Shown here one piece after another: positions 57,226-64,000 of a DNA stretch of 64,000 nt. The stretch's first letter is position 1; each line of letters starts with the position of its first letter. The DNA is from Octopus vulgaris (taxonomy: Eukaryota). The stretch spans positions 213,032,001 to 213,096,000 of the forward strand of contig OX597814.1 of assembly GCA_951406725.2 (NCBI GenBank), written 5' to 3'. The position numbers were made by a program, and so were the translations under genes. Under the pieces are notes generated by a model. That model did not search any database and was not told the DNA's origin. It saw only the letters and a list, made by a program, of their open reading frames with translations.

Positions 57226-57301
57226 AACTCGTACCGCGGTTTCTGCTTCTTTCTAGCAAAACACAGAATATGTTTGCTAAGGCTGGCTTCATCAGCGAGT
57301 C
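57226..57301 (-). ncRNA. Type I hammerhead ribozyme (inverted copy)
   Basis: Reverse complement of 57755-57830. Confidence 0.8.
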
Positions 57302-57754
57302 GCCTGAATTTAATCGAGGTCAAGCCAGCCTTAGCAAACATATTCTGTGTTTTGCTAGAAAGAAGCAGAAACCGCGGTACGAGTTGTTAAAATTATCGGT
57401 AAACGTTTTTGATTTTCACTCTCGATAAATTCATCCCCTTTTTGTGTTCCCAGCACTTGGCATCTTTATTTAGGAGCCTTTAATTGTATAACCACATGAA
57501 TAATATTTTTCTATATGAATAATATTTTCGTCTTATGACTAATTCGTCTTTTGTGCTGGGCACCTGGTAGTAAATAATATTACTACCCTTCTTGTTTATA
57601 TTCGCATACTACATGATGAATTTATTCGTAAAATTCTTCCCGGCATGCCCGTGTAAATTTTGCGTCTGCGCAGAGATTTGAAAAGTTAAGATCTGCTAGT
57701 AGTCGGGTTTAACATATAGCCCCACATCGCTGCGGACCTCGATTAAATTCAGGC

Positions 57755-57830
57755 GACTCGCTGATGAAGCCAGCCTTAGCAAACATATTCTGTGTTTTGC
57801 TAGAAAGAAGCAGAAACCGCGGTACGAGTT
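57755..57830 (+). ncRNA. Type I hammerhead ribozyme
   Basis: gactcg CTGATGA [agc..tagcaaacata-ttc-tgtgttttgcta..gca] GAAAC CGCG GTA cgagtt; palindromic stem III ACCGCGGT; GUA triplet ending at 57824. Confidence 0.85.
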
Positions 57831-58063
57831 GTTAAAATTATCGGTAAACGTTTTTGATTTTCACTCTCGATAAATTCATCCCCTTTTTGTGTTCCAGCAC
57901 TTGGCATCTTTATTTAGGAGCCTTTAATTGTATAACCACATGAATAATATTTTTCTATATGAATAATATTTTCGTCTTATGACTAATTCGTCTTTCGTGC
58001 TGGGCACCTGGTAGTAAATAATATTACTACCCTTCTTGTTTATATTCGTATATATATGTATAT

Positions 58064-58065
<2 letters not shown>

Positions 58066-58150
<85 letters not shown>
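58066..58150. repeat. (GATA)n microsatellite
   Basis: Direct reading. Confidence 0.95.
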
Positions 58151-60147
58151 CACTTAGCTGTGAAGTAATCGTTCATTTACTTTCACATTTGCATGCAGTT
58201 GCCACACTACAAGACTGTGCAATGTGGAAGATAATGTGTATCTAGGAAAATTAAGGCAAAAATATTTGCGACCTCGACCTTAATATAAGTCCTTGTGAAA
58301 GATGATCCTATGTTATAGTGGAGCGCAAAACTGCCGCCTGTCCTATATATTGCCACACCTTAATGTACTACTTAAGAGGAAAATTGAGCTGCTTTCCTAC
58401 CAGCTGGGTCTAAACCAATTAAACACTCAATCGCGCATCTGAGCTGTTTCCATACTGTTCCCGTTAATTTATTTTGGTCTGATTTTTTTTGTATATTTTG
58501 TATTTTTTTTTTTCTTATTTCTATTAATTTATTCCTGGCATTTTTTCATTATTTGTATCTCTATTTAGTTCTGTGTTGCTCTTTGTCGACAGGAAGCTAA
58601 AAAAAAAATCCAATTTCTCCCTAATTGTATACTTCAGTGTAAGAACTAACATCATTATAAAATGCACGTATAAATTTTATATTCCGTTAATGTTTGAGAT
58701 CACTCTCTGTAAAAAACCTGTAGATTTTCCTCTCTAGGTGTCCAGTCTTCTGCCATGCTTTTGCTGTCAATTTCGGTGAATGAGCATTTTATTTATCTTC
58801 CACATGCCTTCTCTTGTTCTAATACAAAACTGCCACACTTGACTTCATCATTATCCTCTTCTTATCATTTGCCAGTGTAACAGAATTTTGTAAAATTTTA
58901 AAAAATATTTCTGTGTGCGTGTGTGTATAGGTGTTTGTGAGTTTAAGATGTTTGTCATTTAGGGAGCAAATCTGGCAAAATTCTCCACACCTGTCTTAGA
59001 TAAGTTACACTTCATTTCATGGCACACGTATGATATCAAACACATATATAATATTTCCAGAAGTCTCAAGGTGTCGGTGTATTCTTTCTTCTCCTCATTT
59101 GATTTATGAATTGTCTCAGACTTCTCGGATCTAATTTGATCCAAATTTTGGTAGAAAGACATAGTGTCCTCGTGGGTATATTCCACTCTCATATCATTAG
59201 AATAATCATCCACAACAAGTGAAAAAAAAACGAATAGCAATCATAAAAATGTTTCGTGATCATCCAAGTCTTCTCATTTGAATGACAAATGAATTTAATG
59301 GTTTATGACAGATCGAACTTTTTAAGATCTTTGAATTATCTGAGATTTCAGGAGTGGCTCCTAATAAGCGCTATAATTTCATATTTATTGGAATAGCAGG
59401 ATTTTATCCCGTATTTTAGGAAACTTACATGCTGCTGCGACATGCTGAGAAATTCCAGGAGTCTTGTAAATTGGACATTTCTCCTTGGACGTAACTTCAT
59501 TCAATATCAATATTTTTTTCAGGAACCGCATCTAATTAGTGCCAGTCTTTATATCAGTAGCAGCGGTTTCACCAGCTACTTACATTAGATCCATACTAAA
59601 TGTTCCTAGAAACGATGTTTAATCACAGGTTTTATCTTCCATATCATCATACAAAATGAATGCGCCAAAAAGCCAGGAGAACTTGTTGAATGTGGCGAGA
59701 TTCGAAACAAGTCTTATAGTAATATTAGATTCTTCTATGAATTGTAAAAACTAGCCCAGTTAAAATTGTTAAAATTTAAAAAGTTAAAATTGTTGAAATT
59801 GTTGAAATGCACCGTCTTCTATAATCGCAAGATATACTGAAAATATGGTCCGATATTACAAATTTGTATAAGACAAGAAGTCTGTGAGCAATGATTCTAT
59901 ATCGTGGATTATACCTGTATTGTGTAAGTTATACTCCCTTGCAGAATAAACACAAAATCTCAAAGGACTCAACCTAGCTATGATCCCCTTCACAAATGAG
60001 CAACGACTGACACCGCTCCGCAAATTAGATGAATGTATGCGACCATTCGGAATTTTATAAGTCGTCGTTTCTTCTTTAATCAGTCAATTAGTTGTTTGAC
60101 AAAGCGCCGGTAACTATAAATGGTGACAGCTTCAAGCAATGTAAATT

Positions 60148-60358
60148 CTTTTCTACTCTAGCCACAAGGTGCGGAATTTTTAAGGGGGGGGCAGTCGATT
60201 AGATCGACACCAGTGTGCAACTGGTACTTAATTTATCGTCTCCGAAAGGATGAAAGGCAGAGTCGACATCGGCGGAATTTGAACTCAGAACGTAAGGACA
60301 TACGAAATACTGCTAAGCATTTTGCCCAGCGTGCTAACGTTTCTGCCAGTTCACCGCC
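60148..60358 (-). mobile_element. SINE, family A
   Basis: gaaaggatgaaaggcagagtcgacatcggcggaatttgaactcagaacg...ttctgccag. Confidence 0.85.
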
Positions 60359-60805
60359 TTTCAATCAATGTAAATTATAATACAGCTTGCCATCTTCTGT
60401 TTCTTTCATTCGTTAATGCATACATGCATTTGTATATATACATACATATATATATATGTATGTATATGATTGTGTATTGTATCTTCGTATATAATTTTTT
60501 GTAAATGTGTGCGGCTGCGTGTGTATGTACGCTTTTGTGCGTGTCTAAGGAGGACTTTTAATTCCTATAAATCTAGAATGAGCATACGCTTTAGTCTGCA
60601 GGAGCGGATAGCAGTTTAGGTGATAGAAACTAGTATCCGCTCATCATCGATAAAATTATCTACAAATTGTTGGTCAACGATAAACGACATCCCATTTAAA
60701 AAATTGTATTTTTTCTATTTTCTCCTATTTTACTGCATCCATATTCAGCAATCCCTCGGAATATGTGTGTGTGTTTGTGTGTGTGCGTGTGTGTGTAGGT
60801 GTGTA

Positions 60806-60837
<32 letters not shown>

Positions 60838-60989
60838 TGCGTCTGTGTGTGTCTGTGTTTGTGTATTTATCATATACACACTTAAAATAATTACTATCTG
60901 TGAACGAGGGGCGAAAGATTCAAAATAGAATTTATGTAAGCAATTCACCAATAAAACTTCTGACTTTTACTTAGAGTAATCTCATCTCA

Positions 60990-61400
60990 TGGTGTGAGAT
61001 TCATAAGGCAGCTGTTTTCTTCCAGCATAGATACTTTGTTGCATTTGTTCCAATTTTTGTACTAATGAGTCTTGATGTTTCTCTGAATGCCCTGTCGACG
61101 TCACTGTTGGCATCGCTTGCCAATTGACAAGTAAACATCACCAGCCATATCAAAACTGATGCAGCACCACAATGTTTACTAGTGGTTGTTGCATTTGCTA
61201 TGCAGCGGAATTTCCTTATTTTTAATTCTATTTTGCTATGTGGCTTTCAGGCTTTCGTAAACATCGTTTGTGAAACGCATCAAGCTTCTTGGCCACCTTC
61301 GATGATATTCTTTTTGTCTCACCATCATACAAAACGTTGACAGAAATGCTGTGTTATAGGAACAGACATTGATGTTAGTACCGACATCTATATAATTGAT
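60990..61400 (-). mobile_element. Decayed RTE-clade LINE ORF fragment
   Basis: Minus strand: YNTAFLSTF, YDGET, KKLDAFHKRCLRK, QNRIKNKEI, typical of the RTE post-RT region. Confidence 0.65.
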
Positions 61401-61691
61401 CAGATGTGGGTGATACGCTGATTGAAATTCCAGTCAGAGCGCGTGTGTGTGTGTTTGTGTACAAATTAATTTGGAAGAAAGTATAAAAATTGTTATAATA
61501 TTTGCTGGAAAACTGATGAAGTGTTAAGCTTGTCTTCTTTCGTTTGTGCAAGTGTTTTCCTTCTTTTCTCATTTTTGCCTATACACATGTGCATATTCAT
61601 ACGTGTATACATACATACATACATACACATATATATATATATATATATATTTGTATGTATGTATGTATAGATACATACTTACATACATAGG

Positions 61692-61722
<31 letters not shown>

Positions 61723-62009
61723 ATAGACACAGACGCACACATTCACATGTGCACACACACCCGCACATATATATATATGTATATTTATATATATATATAT
61801 TATGTGAAATAGAAAGATGAATAATCTTGTAGTAGATTAATCAAAAGTTTAACCGATACCTTAGTAGCAAAAATCACAGCAGTAAACAGCACGGTTGGAG
61901 GTACAACCATATGGTGTTGCAACCGTGCGTTGGTGCGGATAATTGAAATTAAAACATTATTGGTGAATTGAAGAAATGGAGCTGAACGCAGATTGAACAG
62001 AAATCGTTT

Positions 62010-62103
62010 TATTTCATTCTACACGTGTTTCGAAAGGCAGAAATTACCAAAATCCGATTGAATAATGGGACCATATTGTGTCTTTCTCTTCAGGAAGAAA
62101 ATA
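62010..62103 (-). ncRNA. Type I hammerhead ribozyme in the PLE 3' region (pLTR)
   Basis: Minus: tattttcttc CTGAAGA gaaagaca...tgcctttc GAAAC ACGT GTA gaatgaaata; palindromic stem III ACACGTGT; same strand as, and downstream of, the GIY-YIG ORF. Confidence 0.85.
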
Positions 62104-62689
62104 GGAAATCCGTTGGAAAAACAAAAACAGAACAGAGGCGGAGCAAAAACAAATCGAACTATGCTCCTAAGAGCCCATGGCGAAACTGTTTATCAGTGTA
62201 TGTTGAGAACCGGTGGCTGAAGAATTTAACGGGTCAGGCATCGGTCAATCATGTGGGAGAGGGTGTGTAGGTGTTCTTTGTGACCGAGAATAAAGTTCTG
62301 ACTATTTAAGGAATATTGGATGTTTTATAAGGGGCGAGAAAAAATCTACTTAGAGACGTGTGTGTGTGTATACTGTTCTATATATGTGTGTTGGCGTAGG
62401 GGTAGAAAACATTTTTTGTGTACGTGTGTGTGTTTGATCGTTCGGCTGTCAGTGGCTACTGCCGTCAGAACCGTTGGGCGGCAGAAAAAAAAATATATAT
62501 ATATTATGTTTTATGTGTGTGTGTGTTCATCTAAGCCTGCCTTGTCAAGGAAACCCCCCGCTGTGAAAAAACCAAGCCCCGTTTGTCTTACAGGAGTAAT
62601 TCCCCTTGCAGTGGCTAATCGTAGATATCTTAAAGGCTATTTCAGAATTTGTTACCAAGGGCTATGGGTGCCGGTATTATTTATAAACG

Positions 62690-64000
62690 CTATTTAAAAG
62701 CCAGATAAGTGTAGCGCCGCCAATGGGGGCATCGAAAAGCCGACTGTAAAAGCCCGTTTACCATCCGGCCTCTGGCAAACAAAATATGGAAGAGTTCGGA
62801 GACACAAAGGTTGCACTGCCTTCTGCCCCTATCAAATGGGAGGGCCACCGACAAAATTGACCATTCCAGCCTGTAGCTTAAGTTCGTATCCTTCAGTCGC
62901 CATATTAGCTTACTGAGTCCCGTGGTCTGGCGCTTGTTCATGTCCCGAAAAGTTGCGTAATGGTTGGAGACACGCAAAGACAATCTTGAGGATGAGGCCC
63001 CTACATAAATGAAGACATCTGAGTCCGTGTAAACCTTGCATTGGTAGACGGCGTTTTTGATCTTGGAGTTCGCCGACGTGAATCTTATTCTGCTAGGATT
63101 AGTTTCTGAAATTAGAACTGCGTTCCTGTCACTATATTCGTTCCGAGACCTGCAGCCGCTTACTACTCTATTTTCCACTACGTCACTATTAACTATAGGA
63201 ATAACACCTGATTCTCCACTATCTATCAGAGTGCTGTCATTGCTACTGCCCGTGGTGCTGCTATTGCGGGAAATGATGCTGGGGATGCTATTGGGGCTCT
63301 CTACCCTACTCCCATTGTTACCGTCAACCACAACACCCCTATTTATAACTATACCCCTAGTGGGTACTCCCTGGCTGGAGCTGAGATTATGTGTCACTGT
63401 ACTGGCTCTCATATCATTATTACTACTATAACTATTCCTACTGAGCATTAAACCGGGAGCGGAAGAGGCTGTGCCTCCGGAAAAAGGTGATAGGGTCTTA
63501 GTAAGTAGCCTATTATTATGGGAGGCGATTATCTGGGCGAGGTTTTTAGTGTTGGAGAAAGCTATCCTAACTTTATGCGAGTTAACCGTGGAGTAATATT
63601 TGGAATTTCTGGGGAAGTTATTGGCGATGGCTTGTCTAAACATGAGGGGGAGGTTAGTTCTAATCTGCTTACCAAAGGGGATTACAAACCATATATGCTT
63701 ATTCCTATCAGTGTGATGGGTCGGGACGCCAGCTCTCGCGTTCGGGTGGGTGATTCTCGGATGAACAACGGGTCTTGGGTTAGTGTAAGACCTCCCGGAC
63801 CGATAATTATCCTTGTTCGCTAAATTAAATGCGGGAGCGACTACCCCGGCATCCGCCAGCTCCCGTCCTTACTTAAAATGTTAATGTTATTATATACGGC
63901 CCTATCCTGATGACCGAATGATGGCATCGGAAGAGCCGGATCAATATAAATTACCTTCTGCCTATAACCGGCCTTGGATAGTGCGGCGTTATAAAATTCC
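62690..64000 (-). pseudogene. Penelope-like element ORF: RT thumb/linker plus GIY-YIG endonuclease, frameshifted and running off the window
   Basis: EFYNAALSKAGY at 63999 down, RNKHIWFVIPFGKQIRTN, KVRIAFSNTKNL, NAVYQCKV..YVGAS..RVSNH..TGLSKLIW..CNLCVSE; the thumb is out of frame with ORF 62690..63643, whose frame has a TAA at 63871. Confidence 0.88.

Larger units (their letters stand above)
57210..58048 (+). mobile_element. Retrozyme-like non-autonomous PLE element: inverted 112 bp segment plus ~1.6 tandem copies of a 445 nt unit with hammerheads, in (TA)n
   Basis: 57210-57321 is the reverse complement of 57735-57846; 57322-57604 repeats at 57767-58048; TA run upstream, TA/(GATA)n downstream. 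Confidence 0.88.
61800..64000 (-). mobile_element. Penelope-like retroelement (Neptune-like), 3' part
   Basis: GIY-YIG ORF, 3' HHR, and a TA-rich microsatellite at the 3' boundary (approximate). Confidence 0.8.

Noticed and set aside
58700-59900. Possible decayed DNA-transposase coding region on the minus strand
   Set aside because: Coding-like composition, but no motif I can assign with confidence
63057-63823. Plus-strand ORFs of 124 and 101 aa
   Set aside because: Antisense shadows of the PLE ORF
63900-63945. CTGATGA-ccga...tcgg as a hammerhead
   Set aside because: No GAAA or stem III follows, and it is antisense within the PLE coding region

Overview
Eukaryotic, AT-rich, repeat-saturated DNA. 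The SINE families and the microsatellite load look like an octopus (cephalopod) genome; this is recognition from memory, not a database result. I could not support any intact host gene, and most ORF-track entries are microsatellite or SINE artefacts. The window holds tRNA-derived SINEs, decayed Tc1/mariner and hAT-like transposases, a non-autonomous Helitron, CR1-group and RTE LINE relics, R4/Dong-like endonuclease fragments sitting in (AAT)n, a ~1.34 kb near-identical tandem duplication, an older ~3 kb duplication, and a Penelope-like element (PLE, GIY-YIG) at the right edge. The main result is a set of type I hammerhead ribozymes (HHRs) with palindromic or near-palindromic stem III: five loci with complete motifs (30.2, 43.2, 51.5, 57.2/57.8 and 62.0 kb) plus variant and decayed copies. 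Most lie in short non-coding elements next to (TA)n, several with the PLE-type layout of an inverted terminal segment plus a direct repeat. This suggests microsatellite-associated, retrozyme-like non-autonomous elements mobilised by PLEs, some with non-canonical ribozyme cores. All folds were read by eye and need computational and biochemical confirmation.
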